64,000 nucleotides of DNA. It comes from Clostridiales bacterium. Lineage in GTDB: Bacteria > Bacillota > Clostridia > Saccharofermentanales > Saccharofermentanaceae. The notes beneath the pieces are model-generated. The model was not told the origin of the DNA. It was given only the letters and a program-made list of their open reading frames with translations, and did not search any database. Each line of letters starts with the position of its first letter. Positions within the stretch are counted from its first letter, which is position 1. The stretch lies in contig JAFZPJ010000053.1 of assembly GCA_017550385.1 (NCBI GenBank), positions 32,683-96,682 on the forward strand. Reading direction: 5' to 3'. The translations under genes were made by a program, and so were the position numbers. Positions 38,133 to 47,478 of the stretch are shown one piece after another.

Positions 38133-40592
38133 ATGGCTAAAAAGAAAATAGCTTCTAAGATCGCTGCTTCGTCATTGATCTTATCTATGATCCTTGCAGC
38201 AACCGGATGTAACGGAGCATCTGTTCCCGGACTGCCCGGATCAGCAGCAAAAAAACAGGCTACGGTAGTCGAAGAAAGTACCATTTGGTATGATGCTTCG
38301 AGCACGATCGTTGACCCCGGGGTCGATCCTTCAAAAGATCTCGACTGGGTCTCGACTTATCTTGTCGGAATCCTTGACGGCAAGCTCATTCTCAGGACAT
38401 ACGGCAATTACAAGCTGCCGGATGATTTTGACTGGGAAAAGGACGATTACTCCGAGTATTCGATCGACAAACTCGTCTCATATGACATCGATTCCGAGAG
38501 CACTGAAAACCTGTTCGACCTTAACGGCTTGAACAAGAGTGAAGGTGATATCTATACCGGAGTCAATGACATTCAGATCGTTGACGGAAAACTCGTCGTG
38601 TCTTTGTATGAGTATAACAACAAGACTTGGGAAGAGACACAGTCGGAGTTCACGATCGATCCTTCCACGGGTGCGAGCACAGATCCGGAGCCGGTCGAAA
38701 GCGATGACTTTGACGGAAGCAAATATCTTGAGATGAGCATAAAGATCGGTGACACCACAGTCAATTACTACTATATCTATGATCCCAACACCGGAGAGAG
38801 CTCATATGAAGCTTATACAGTTGATGCATCCGGCAAAGAGACAAAGCTTGATTTTAAGGTCGAGGGCGAAGTCTACGGTGTCTCATTCATGTTCCCTGTA
38901 AGCGATACCGAAGCCGTCGGTAAAGTATGGACCAACGGCAGCGACAAATATGTCATTACTGATATCGAGGCAGGCACTGTTGAAGAAGCAGACGAGAAGG
39001 AATTTGAATGGCTTGATGAAGTCGGCTATATCTCCAACGGTCTTGTCGGTGAAGACGGCAAGATCTATTCTGCTGCCAGCGATGGTATCTATTCGATAGA
39101 TTTCAAAGAAGAGAAGGCCGAGAAGGCTTTGGATTTCGGCAATGTAGGCATAAGCAGATCCCAGCTCGAATACATGGAGCTTGTAAGCTTCGGAGAAGAC
39201 CAGGTCGTTCTGGCAGGCGCTGCTTATTCTTACACTATGTACAGCAATGACTGGTCAGACAAATACCAGATCATCACGCTCACAAAGGCCGACAAGAACC
39301 CCAATGCCGGCAAGACGATCCTCGAGCTTTACTGTCTCGGAGGATATGCAGATGACACTATCTATGATGCCATCACCGAATACAACAACGAAGACAAAGA
39401 TTACTTCATCATGATGACGGACGACTATGATGTAAACAAGTATTATGATGCTGATTACAGCGATTTCGAGAGCGATGACGACTGGTCCCAGCTTGAGCTC
39501 GATGCAATGGCCGGATTGTCGGATGAACTTGCTGTCGACCTCATCAACGGCGAAGGTCCGGACATCATCCTTAATGCTGCTATGCTCGGTCAGCTCAACA
39601 ACGATAACTACCTTGCAGATCTCTCGGGATATGTAAAGGAATTGGATTCTGACGAGTATTTCATGAACATCATCGATGCAAGCTATACAGGCGAAAAGCT
39701 CTATCAGCTGCCGATCACATATTACATCAACGGTATTCAGACATCTTCTGACAATGCCGGCGCTTCCGGTGTCGGATTCACTCTTGATGAGTATGTTGAT
39801 TTTGTCGACGATGCATGCAACGGCACGGATCCGATCACAAGCGGTCAGAACATGTATTTCATTAAGCTGTTCAACGAGTCTTCCGCAGACTTTATCAAGG
39901 ACGGCAAAGCCGATTTCTCAGGCGAGGAATTTGCTGCTCTTGCAGAATACTGCTACGACAATGTTCCCGAGAAGGCTCAGTCTTATGACGATATGTCCGA
40001 CGACTACGGTGTGGGTTACTACTACGAGGCACCCAGCTATGCCGCAATGGATGTTACCTGCTACAGCCTCGGCACATATCTTGATAACATAACTTATATC
40101 GAAGGCGGCGGAGATGCGATCCTCGGTTATCCTTCAGTAGACGGCAAGGGCCCTTCGGCTTCTCCCGCTTACTCTGCTGCCATCTCTGCTTCGGCGGTAG
40201 ATGTAGATGCTTGCTGGGATTTCATCAAGACGCTCATCTCTGAGGATATCCAGACCGAGATGGCTCAGGCCGGAAACAACGTTATCAACAAGCCTGCTTT
40301 TGAGTCCATAACAGATATGGCTATCGATTACTACAACGACATGTATGCTGATGATTATTATTACGGAGTAGGCGTAGGTGCGCCTTCCAAGCCTGACAAG
40401 TTCAGCAATGATGATGCGGACAACTTTAAGGATATTGTCGAGAGCATCACGGTAATGAACACGAGCGATGCTTCGATATCGAAGATCATCTCCGAGGAGA
40501 TGCCTGCTTACTTCAGCGGTCAGAAGGGTCTTGATGATGTTCTTGAGATCTTGCAGGACAGAGTCCAGAAGGTTCTGGACGAGCGTGGCTGA
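38133..40592 (+). CDS. Large extracellular solute-binding lipoprotein (beta-propeller-like N-terminus, SBP family 1 C-terminus)
   Basis: Lipobox ATGC; GEGPDII, LADLS, EKLYQLP, ACWDFIK, IISEEMPAYFSGQK...QDRVQKVLDER. Confidence 0.82.
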   Translation: MAKKKIASKIAASSLILSMILAATGCNGASVPGLPGSAAKKQATVVEESTIWYDASSTIVDPGVDPSKDLDWVSTYLVGILDGKLILRTYGNYKLPDDFDWEKDDYSEYSIDKLVSYDIDSESTENLFDLNGLNKSEGDIYTGVNDIQIVDGKLVVSLYEYNNKTWEETQSEFTIDPSTGASTDPEPVESDDFDGSKYLEMSIKIGDTTVNYYYIYDPNTGESSYEAYTVDASGKETKLDFKVEGEVYGVSFMFPVSDTEAVGKVWTNGSDKYVITDIEAGTVEEADEKEFEWLDEVGYISNGLVGEDGKIYSAASDGIYSIDFKEEKAEKALDFGNVGISRSQLEYMELVSFGEDQVVLAGAAYSYTMYSNDWSDKYQIITLTKADKNPNAGKTILELYCLGGYADDTIYDAITEYNNEDKDYFIMMTDDYDVNKYYDADYSDFESDDDWSQLELDAMAGLSDELAVDLINGEGPDIILNAAMLGQLNNDNYLADLSGYVKELDSDEYFMNIIDASYTGEKLYQLPITYYINGIQTSSDNAGASGVGFTLDEYVDFVDDACNGTDPITSGQNMYFIKLFNESSADFIKDGKADFSGEEFAALAEYCYDNVPEKAQSYDDMSDDYGVGYYYEAPSYAAMDVTCYSLGTYLDNITYIEGGGDAILGYPSVDGKGPSASPAYSAAISASAVDVDACWDFIKTLISEDIQTEMAQAGNNVINKPAFESITDMAIDYYNDMYADDYYYGVGVGAPSKPDKFSNDDADNFKDIVESITVMNTSDASISKIISEEMPAYFSGQKGLDDVLEILQDRVQKVLDERG

Positions 40593-40619
40593 TAGATTCA
40601 GTTAACTGCTGACCATATG

Positions 40620-40699
40620 AGCGGACCGGAATGATTCCGGTCCGCTTTTTTGTTGCCTGCCGTCTGCATATAAAAAGGCCGCCCGTTAAGGCGGCCTTG
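40620..40699. terminator. Pair of terminators between convergent genes
   Basis: agcggaccggaa-tga-ttccggtccgcttttt (+) and aaaaaggccgcc-cgttaa-ggcggcctt (-). Confidence 0.8.
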
Positions 40700-40717
40700 A
40701 TCATTCGGATCATCTTA

Positions 40718-41287
40718 TCAGGCAACTGCCTGGTTGATGGCGTTCTGCTCGAGAGCCATGCTGACGATGCCGAGTCCGAAGAGCATCAAGAGCATGAAGA
40801 GGACTCCGGAATTGCCGTTCGGATCTCCCTTCAGCTTATCGCTGGCCTGACCCATCTTGTAGTGCCAGTAAATAAGATAGATGTTGCAGGTTACGAGTCC
40901 CAGAAGGATCGTCATTACGCCGTCGGGGAGGCTCTCATCGCCTGTGAGCTGTCTGAACTCTTCGCTCATCTTGTAGTACCAGTACAGCAGATAGATGCCG
41001 CAGGTAACGAATGAGAGTATGATGCATACTGCTATGTTACGCTGCTGGATACCGTATGCATTACCTGAGATCGCTTTGCCGGTGTGAGTCTTGGGATCTT
41101 CATAATAATCTGACTTGGGCGCCTGGCTCTGCTGCTGATAATCGGAAGCAGCAGGTGCTGCTGCGGGCGCTGCTGCTTCAGGGGCTGCAGTCTCGGGTGC
41201 TGCCGTCTCCGGCATAGGCATGCCGCATGTCTCGCAGAACTTTGAATCGTCGCTATTAGAAGCGCCGCATGAACCGCATGTTCTCAT
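40718..41287 (-). CDS. Zinc-ribbon plus DUF4234-like membrane protein
   Basis: CGSCG...FCETCG, Ala/Pro linker, duplicated TCGIYLLYW/TCNIYLIYW; AAGGAG RBS. Confidence 0.8.
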   Translation of the reverse strand: MRTCGSCGASNSDDSKFCETCGMPMPETAAPETAAPEAAAPAAAPAASDYQQQSQAPKSDYYEDPKTHTGKAISGNAYGIQQRNIAVCIILSFVTCGIYLLYWYYKMSEEFRQLTGDESLPDGVMTILLGLVTCNIYLIYWHYKMGQASDKLKGDPNGNSGVLFMLLMLFGLGIVSMALEQNAINQAVA

Positions 41288-41358
41288 TCTTTCTATCTCC
41301 TTATAATCCATATTGGGACCAAAGTCCTCAACAGATAATAAAATATGTTCCCTCCATT

Positions 41359-41394
41359 TGCAACATTTCCATAACGTGGCCTGTATATAGGGTA
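41359..41394 (+). promoter_or_regulatory. Putative ECF sigma factor promoter
   Basis: TGCAACATTTC-N10-CCTGTATATAGGGTA, matching 6261-6296. Confidence 0.65.
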
Positions 41395-41424
41395 CAAGCC
41401 AAGTTATTCAGGAGGGTAAGAACC

Positions 41425-42543
41425 ATGAAATACAGAAAACTATTGATCTCTGCAGTCAGCATTACGGCAGCCGTAACGATACTTGCAGGTTGTGCAGCCC
41501 AGGCGGGCGGCAAGTCCAAGGATAAGAAAACTGACGATAACGAGCCCGCGGCAACGGCTGAGTGCGATGATTATTACTGCGGGGAGACCGTCGCATATTA
41601 CGACGATTATGCGAGCAGCTATGACGCAGGCCTCAGTTACAAGTCGGATGTTACTTTGGATGCTGCAGAATGGGAATATACCGACTACGACTACGACAGC
41701 GATTATTACTATGAAGATACCTCGGCCGTATCGGATTCAAGCAGCAAAGTCCTCGACCCCGAGGCAGAGAGGCTCCTCATAAGAACAGTGAGTATGGAAG
41801 TCAAGACGACCACTTATGACGAGCTTTGTAACAATGTTAATAACAAGATCAATGAGTACGGCGGCTATATCGAGTACCTCAGCGCATACGGTACAGGCGA
41901 AGAGGAAGACCTCAGATACGCTTACTATACGATCAGAGTTCCCGCAGAGAATCTGGATGCACTCATCGAATCACTTGACGGCACATGCACGGTCGTCAGC
42001 AAGAGCGAGAGCACGTCAGACGTAACACTTGATTACGTCGATACACAGGCATACCTTGAAGCACTTCAGATCGAGTACGACCAGCTCCTCGAGATGCTCG
42101 ACCAGACAACGGACCTCGATACTATCTTAGTACTTCAGAGCGAGCTTACCGACATCCGTTATGACATCGAGTATGCAGAATCCTGCCTCAGAGTAATGGA
42201 GAACCAGGTAACATACGCCACACTCAACCTCACGGTCAACGAGATCACGGAAGAGAAGGCTCAGGAAGAAGAAGAGGATAAGCTGAAGGAGCAGGAAGAG
42301 AAGGAGAAGCCGGAACCTACTTTCGAAGAAGAGATCGCAGAGACATTCAACGAGTCTGTCGAGAATGCAAAGGAGTTCTTCAAGGATCTGTTCCTTGACC
42401 TGGTATCCGTAGCGATCATCGTAGTTCCCATAGCAGTATTAGTTATCATCGCAGTCATCGTTCTCTGCGTAGTGATTCACAAGAAAAAGAAGGCCAAGAA
42501 GGCAGCCGCAAAGAAGGAGGAAAAGGAAGAGGTTAAGAATTAA
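41425..42543 (+). CDS. DUF4349-like lipoprotein with C-terminal TM
   Basis: Lipobox LAGC; RLLIRTV...GGYIE...TIRVPAE...DVTLDYVD...NQVTYATL; GGAGG RBS. Confidence 0.85.
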   Translation: MKYRKLLISAVSITAAVTILAGCAAQAGGKSKDKKTDDNEPAATAECDDYYCGETVAYYDDYASSYDAGLSYKSDVTLDAAEWEYTDYDYDSDYYYEDTSAVSDSSSKVLDPEAERLLIRTVSMEVKTTTYDELCNNVNNKINEYGGYIEYLSAYGTGEEEDLRYAYYTIRVPAENLDALIESLDGTCTVVSKSESTSDVTLDYVDTQAYLEALQIEYDQLLEMLDQTTDLDTILVLQSELTDIRYDIEYAESCLRVMENQVTYATLNLTVNEITEEKAQEEEEDKLKEQEEKEKPEPTFEEEIAETFNESVENAKEFFKDLFLDLVSVAIIVVPIAVLVIIAVIVLCVVIHKKKKAKKAAAKKEEKEEVKN

Positions 42544-42559
42544 GAAGGAGAGGGATATA

Positions 42560-43255
42560 TCACCAATTGCGGATAGCGTAATCGCAGGACGATGCAAATA
42601 AGTTCCAGTTATCCTTGCCGCAGCCTATATCGTCATAGACCGCACAAGTCTTGAAGTCTCCCATACGGGCGCCGCGGCAGGCAGAAGGAACATCATCGAA
42701 GACAAGAGCTCCGCCGGGAGCAACCATATTCCCCATAGCGTTAATATAGCCAAGGACCTTGAGGAATATATCCGGCGAGTTCTTGTCTGTATTTTTACCT
42801 GTATCTTCGAGAGTTATGACGGCGTCAAAAAGTTCCAGTATCCCGTTCTTGCGGAGGGCGTTGAAGCAGTTCGTGCGGTTAAGGGCTGTGGCGACGCCCA
42901 TCTTGAAGCCCAGATGCTTTGCTTCATTAAGGTATTCGAGCGCGCCTTCCTTAAGCTCGACTTCGCTGCTGTAGAATTCACCGACCATCTGATTCCAGGT
43001 ATCCTGTATCTCCTGAGGCGTAAGCGGGAGCTTGTATCTCTGCGCAGTGTACCTTGCCGCATCTTCTATCGATACGCGCTTGACCATGTCGGTATATTCC
43101 GGAGTAACTTCGAATCCGAATCTGCCGAGGAACTCGACATCGACCTGATTCCACACGTTCATGGAATCTAGTATCGTTCCGTCCAGGTCGAAGATGAGAA
43201 GGGATATTCCTTCACTCTTAAGGGAGCTGAGAAGAGGGTAGCTGCCGTTGTCCAT
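42560..43255 (-). CDS. HAD-family phosphatase
   Basis: IFDLDGTILDS motif I; K...PDIF; VFDD. Confidence 0.88.
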   Translation of the reverse strand: MDNGSYPLLSSLKSEGISLLIFDLDGTILDSMNVWNQVDVEFLGRFGFEVTPEYTDMVKRVSIEDAARYTAQRYKLPLTPQEIQDTWNQMVGEFYSSEVELKEGALEYLNEAKHLGFKMGVATALNRTNCFNALRKNGILELFDAVITLEDTGKNTDKNSPDIFLKVLGYINAMGNMVAPGGALVFDDVPSACRGARMGDFKTCAVYDDIGCGKDNWNLFASSCDYAIRNW

Positions 43256-43878
43256 CAGCTCATGTAGTCGAGCTTGCCCTTGAGCGATTCAAGCGCAGCC
43301 TGCTTCTTCTTCTCGAATTCGACTTTGTTGTTCTCGATGAGGTTGTCGCCGTAAGAATCTATGGAGACGACGAGAGGTCCGAACTCTTCTACCTTGAGCT
43401 TCCACATTGCTTCGGGCATTCCGAGATCTAACCATTCGACGCCCTGCGTCTCGACGCATTCTTCTGCAGCGACTACAGCGCAGCCGCCGGGGAAGATCGT
43501 GTGGATCGCGCAGTTATCGATGCATCCCTGCGTTGTCTTGGGACCCATGCCGCCCTTGCCGATGATTATCTTCGTGCCTGTGGCAGCGAGGAACTCTGCC
43601 TCTGCCTTCTCCATCCTCATGGATGTGGTGGGGCCTACGCTTATTACCTTGTACTTGTCCGCTTCGCCTTCTGCGGAGATCTTCTTCATGATCGGACCTG
43701 CGTGGAAGATGGCCTTGCCCTTAAGATCGACGGGCGGCTCCTTGCCCGATACGACGACCCTGTGATGAACGTCGTCCCTGCCCGTTACTATCTCGCCGGT
43801 GAGGTAGATGACGTCACCGATGTGAACCTTCTTGATATCTTCGTCCGTTACCGGCGTAGTGAAATGGAATATGCTCAT
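43255..43878 (-). CDS. ttdB: L(+)-tartrate dehydratase beta subunit (class I fumarase family)
   Basis: GRDDVH, HAGP, SVGPTTSMRME, GKGGMG, WLDLGMPE, FGPLVVSID. Confidence 0.85.
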   Translation of the reverse strand: MSIFHFTTPVTDEDIKKVHIGDVIYLTGEIVTGRDDVHHRVVVSGKEPPVDLKGKAIFHAGPIMKKISAEGEADKYKVISVGPTTSMRMEKAEAEFLAATGTKIIIGKGGMGPKTTQGCIDNCAIHTIFPGGCAVVAAEECVETQGVEWLDLGMPEAMWKLKVEEFGPLVVSIDSYGDNLIENNKVEFEKKKQAALESLKGKLDYMS

Positions 43879-44777
43879 AACGTGACTCCCTTGTGTGTGA
43901 AGAAATCGTAAGTGAAGTCGGGTGAGATGATCATCCCCGCTCTTCTGTGTGCCCAGCAAGCGGTGCTCATTCCGACTGCGAGCGTAGCCGGGTGGCGCGC
44001 AGCCTGCTCGATGTTTACGCCCATGACCGAGAGCTTGCCTCCGAATCCGCCGGGACCTAAGCCTACGGAGTTCAGGCCTTCTTCGATGTCTCTCTCCATC
44101 TGCGCTGCCTTAGGATTCTCATTATGCGATCCTACGGGGCGGAGCAGAGCCTTCTTGGACAGCTTTGCCGCGACCTCGGCAGAACCTGCGATGCCGATGC
44201 CTACGAGGCAGGGAGGGCATGCATTTACGCCGTATGTCGTCATCTGGTCGAAAACGGCTTTCGCGATGCCGTCGTATCCTTCAAGGGGCATCAGCACCTT
44301 CGCGAAACCGGGCAGGGAACATCCGCCGCCTGCCATATAGAAATACAGTTCGAGCTTGTCCGATCCGGGTACGAGTTCCCAGTCGATCCAGGGTATCCTG
44401 TGTGCTACGTTGTTGCCGGTATTGACCTCGTCGAAGACCTCGACCGCATTGTGTCTCAGAGGTGCTTCGACGGTTGCTTTCTTGACTGCTTCCACGAGCG
44501 CGGGCTCGATCTCTTCGAGGTAAGGGAAGCCGGTCCCGACTTTCGCGAAGAACTGAGGAAGACCCGTGTCCTGACAGGAAGGGCGGCCGAGCTTATCAGC
44601 CATCTCCATGTTCTTCTCCATTACATCGTAGATGCTGGGAGCAAAACCCTCTGTCTCCACTTCCTTCATCTGCGCGAGTCTTGTCTTAACATCATCCGGA
44701 AGATGACCTGCCGAATGGCAGATGAAAGAGGAGACAAGACCCGAGAGGCGTTCTACAACCTGACTGTCGCAAGACAT
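43875..44777 (-). CDS. ttdA: L(+)-tartrate dehydratase alpha subunit
   Basis: CQDTG, PLRHNAVEVFDEVNTG, AGGGCSLPG, NACPP, C-terminal CWAHRR. Confidence 0.87.
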   Translation of the reverse strand: MSCDSQVVERLSGLVSSFICHSAGHLPDDVKTRLAQMKEVETEGFAPSIYDVMEKNMEMADKLGRPSCQDTGLPQFFAKVGTGFPYLEEIEPALVEAVKKATVEAPLRHNAVEVFDEVNTGNNVAHRIPWIDWELVPGSDKLELYFYMAGGGCSLPGFAKVLMPLEGYDGIAKAVFDQMTTYGVNACPPCLVGIGIAGSAEVAAKLSKKALLRPVGSHNENPKAAQMERDIEEGLNSVGLGPGGFGGKLSVMGVNIEQAARHPATLAVGMSTACWAHRRAGMIISPDFTYDFFTHKGVTL

Positions 44778-44887
44778 ACCGTTATCCTCCGTTTTGAAAC
44801 TATAGATGTAAGTATATCATTATTGCGACATGCCCAAATAGCAATTATAATTTACATAATAAACCAAGCGGCAAGGCAGGAAAGTTC

Positions 44888-45799
44888 ATGTTATCTATTG
44901 CCAGAAAACTTGCAAAAAAGCAGTCTCAGGTGTTCATCCAAAAGTGCACCGAGTCCGATACGCCAAGACTTGCCGCAGAGGTATTTCCGGGTGATGTAAC
45001 GGTAGAAGCCGACATCGAATATACCGATAAGCCGAACAAGCTCACATACGATCTCTATAAGCCTTTTGACGTGTCCGGTTCGAAGGACTGCTTTGTTCTG
45101 ATACACGGCGGAGCTTTTGTATACGGCACCAAGAGGAACGATAAGAACTTCGGCATGCACCTGGCGCGCACGGCGCAGATCCCCGTGATCAACGTCGACT
45201 ATACGCTTATGCCCGATGCGGACATGTCGCAGATAATCAACGAGATCTTCCGCGCGATGAACCACGCGGCAAAGACATACGGATTTTCCAGATTCCATAC
45301 CGTCGGAGATTCTGCCGGTGCGACCCTTGCATATCTGACGGCGCTGGCAGCCCGCAACAGACACGTGGCACACGAGGTCTGGGTATTCGAGAAGCTCAAG
45401 GGCACAGTGGAATCAGCGGCCCTCATCTGCGGCGCTTTCAGGAATGACAGGAAGAAGTGGCCGGGGATATATTTTGAGAAGGAGATGCCTTCCAAGACCG
45501 ATGCCCGCCGCCTTCCGGATTTTGTTTTCGATCTGGTGTCCATAGGCGTAAGAGACCCCGGTCTCAAGGTTTGCCTGATAACATGCGACCATGATCTTCC
45601 GAACTGCAGGAAAGACACCCTGGCCCTCAAGCAGGCGCTTGAAGAGGCAGGGGTCACGGTTCCTTTTCAGGATGCGCAGAGTACCACCGTGGACGGCGTC
45701 GAGATGGACTGCGGACACGTGTTCTGCATCGCGCGTCCCGAGTGGCCGGTCGGCGTGAAGTCGCTGCAGCTTATCGCTGAGAATTATTGCAGAAGGTGA
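44888..45799 (+). CDS. Alpha/beta hydrolase (HSL-like esterase)
   Basis: IHGGAF oxyanion motif, GDSAG nucleophile, GHVF. Confidence 0.85.
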   Translation: MLSIARKLAKKQSQVFIQKCTESDTPRLAAEVFPGDVTVEADIEYTDKPNKLTYDLYKPFDVSGSKDCFVLIHGGAFVYGTKRNDKNFGMHLARTAQIPVINVDYTLMPDADMSQIINEIFRAMNHAAKTYGFSRFHTVGDSAGATLAYLTALAARNRHVAHEVWVFEKLKGTVESAALICGAFRNDRKKWPGIYFEKEMPSKTDARRLPDFVFDLVSIGVRDPGLKVCLITCDHDLPNCRKDTLALKQALEEAGVTVPFQDAQSTTVDGVEMDCGHVFCIARPEWPVGVKSLQLIAENYCRR

Positions 45800-46435
45800 T
45801 CAGACCTTAGTATTCTCGTAAGTCCTGTTGATGAGCTTGGAGATGGGCTTGTAGACGCAGAATGTGATCGCGGATACGACGATACCCTTGAACAGATTGA
45901 ACGGAACGAATCCCAAGAGAAGGAGCTTGAGCTCCGAGTCGATCGCGGGGTTGACCGTCTGTGTCCAGCCGAGGATGGATTCCATCGTCATGCCGAGAAC
46001 GGATGCGTAGAGCGGCAGGTTGATGAAAGCGTTCACGGGAACTGCGATCACTGCGAGCGCCAGGGTAGCTGCGATCATAGAGATGACGGCGCCCTTCCTG
46101 GTGCGGTTCTTCCTGTAGATAAGACCTGCAGTGCCGACGAAGATCGAGCCCGTGATGAAGTTGCTCATCTCGCCGATGGCCATGGTGCCCGTCCAGGGAA
46201 GATGGATAAGGTTCTTCAACAGCTCGATGATGATGCCGTATACGGGACCTAATGCGAAGGTGCCGACAAGAACCGGGATCTCTGAGAAATCGAACTTCAG
46301 GAACGGGGGCATCAGCGGGAGCGGTACCTCTAGGAACATGAGACCGACTGCAAGAGCCGTAAAGATCGCTGTAGTTGTGATGCGTACGATGTAACGACGG
46401 CGGTTGCCGCCAACTGTAGAATTGGAATCAGACAT
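45800..46435 (-). CDS. ribU: ECF transporter S component for riboflavin
   Basis: PPFLKFDFSEIP, ELLKNLIH, GEMSNF, PFNLFKG; preceded by an FMN riboswitch. Confidence 0.9.
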   Translation of the reverse strand: MSDSNSTVGGNRRRYIVRITTTAIFTALAVGLMFLEVPLPLMPPFLKFDFSEIPVLVGTFALGPVYGIIIELLKNLIHLPWTGTMAIGEMSNFITGSIFVGTAGLIYRKNRTRKGAVISMIAATLALAVIAVPVNAFINLPLYASVLGMTMESILGWTQTVNPAIDSELKLLLLGFVPFNLFKGIVVSAITFCVYKPISKLINRTYENTKV

Positions 46436-46444
46436 GTTATTCAC

Positions 46445-46582
46445 TTCCTTTCATCCGGACTTTACCGTCGGCCGCAGAGTCTCACTGCGTCTGCCATGCT
46501 TGTAAGAATTTACATGGCTTGCGGGCTTCCGTAATTCCATCGGTTACCGCCGGTCGGAGAATCGCACTCCGCCTTGGATCAT
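46445..46582 (-). ncRNA. FMN riboswitch (RFN element)
   Basis: Minus strand AGGCGGAGTGCGATTCTCCGACCGGCGGT...AGCCCGCAAGC...GCAGA...GCCGACGGTAAAGTCCGGATGAAAGGAAG. The 3' end overlaps the SD (translational type); TATAAT just upstream. Confidence 0.93.
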
Positions 46583-46617
46583 GCTAATTATACTATCGGA
46601 TATGGTTTTGTAAACAG

Positions 46618-47361
46618 TTATCTGTCTTTGTATTCTTCGCAGGTCTGCGCATAGTTCTCGGGGGTGCCGATATCGATGCACTCACCGTCGCCCCTGTATG
46701 CGTAGACGGGCATTATCTTGTACAGCCACGAAGGGAAGTTGCCGGGAGCGTCCGGGGGATTGCCTTCTGCTATGTACCTGTCGAAAAGGGGGATTATATC
46801 CTTTCCGTAGAAGTAAGCCGCATAGATGCCCCACTCCGTCTTGGGCTCGGACGGCTTCTCGACCATATCGAGGATCCGGCCGTCTTCTGCGATCTCGGCG
46901 ATCGCGAGCTTCTTCCTCTGCTCAACGTCGGGAACGTTGATCGCGATGAGGGTGGGCGCGTTCTTCTCCTTGAAGAATGCATACATGTCCGTAAGTGAAT
47001 ATGTGAAGATGTTGTCGCCTGCGAATATGGCGAGGTCTTCGTCGATGTTCTCGTGCTTGATCGTATAGATGATGTCGCCGATGGCGCCAAGACGGTTATC
47101 GTTGTTCGTGGTGCCGTCATCTAAGACAGTGACGGGAGCCTTGCCGGATCTGTCGCAGGAAGAAGCCCAGTCTTCGAACTGGCCTGCAAAGCGTGAATTG
47201 GTTATCAGGATGACGCGGTTAAGATCGGGAAGCTTGTCGATCTCGTCCATTATATAGTCGATGATGAGCTGCTTGCCGAGCGGGAGCAGAGACTTGGGCT
47301 TATCCTTTGTAAGCGGGTAAAGTCTTGTTGCATATCCTGCAGCGAGTAATATCGCGATCAT
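46618..47361 (-). CDS. Sugar-phosphate nucleotidyltransferase family protein
   Basis: LLAAGYATRLYPLT...PKSLLP, AGDN, EKP, DIGT. Confidence 0.9.
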   Translation of the reverse strand: MIAILLAAGYATRLYPLTKDKPKSLLPLGKQLIIDYIMDEIDKLPDLNRVILITNSRFAGQFEDWASSCDRSGKAPVTVLDDGTTNNDNRLGAIGDIIYTIKHENIDEDLAIFAGDNIFTYSLTDMYAFFKEKNAPTLIAINVPDVEQRKKLAIAEIAEDGRILDMVEKPSEPKTEWGIYAAYFYGKDIIPLFDRYIAEGNPPDAPGNFPSWLYKIMPVYAYRGDGECIDIGTPENYAQTCEEYKDR

Positions 47362-47478
47362 GTCAAATTCTCCTTATGTTTTCCACCATAGTGCCCCCAT
47401 TATACCCTATTTTCCGGTTGAAAGTTTGCTATAATAAACTCGCATTATAATGCAATTCCAAATTACAGAGGCTAATAC

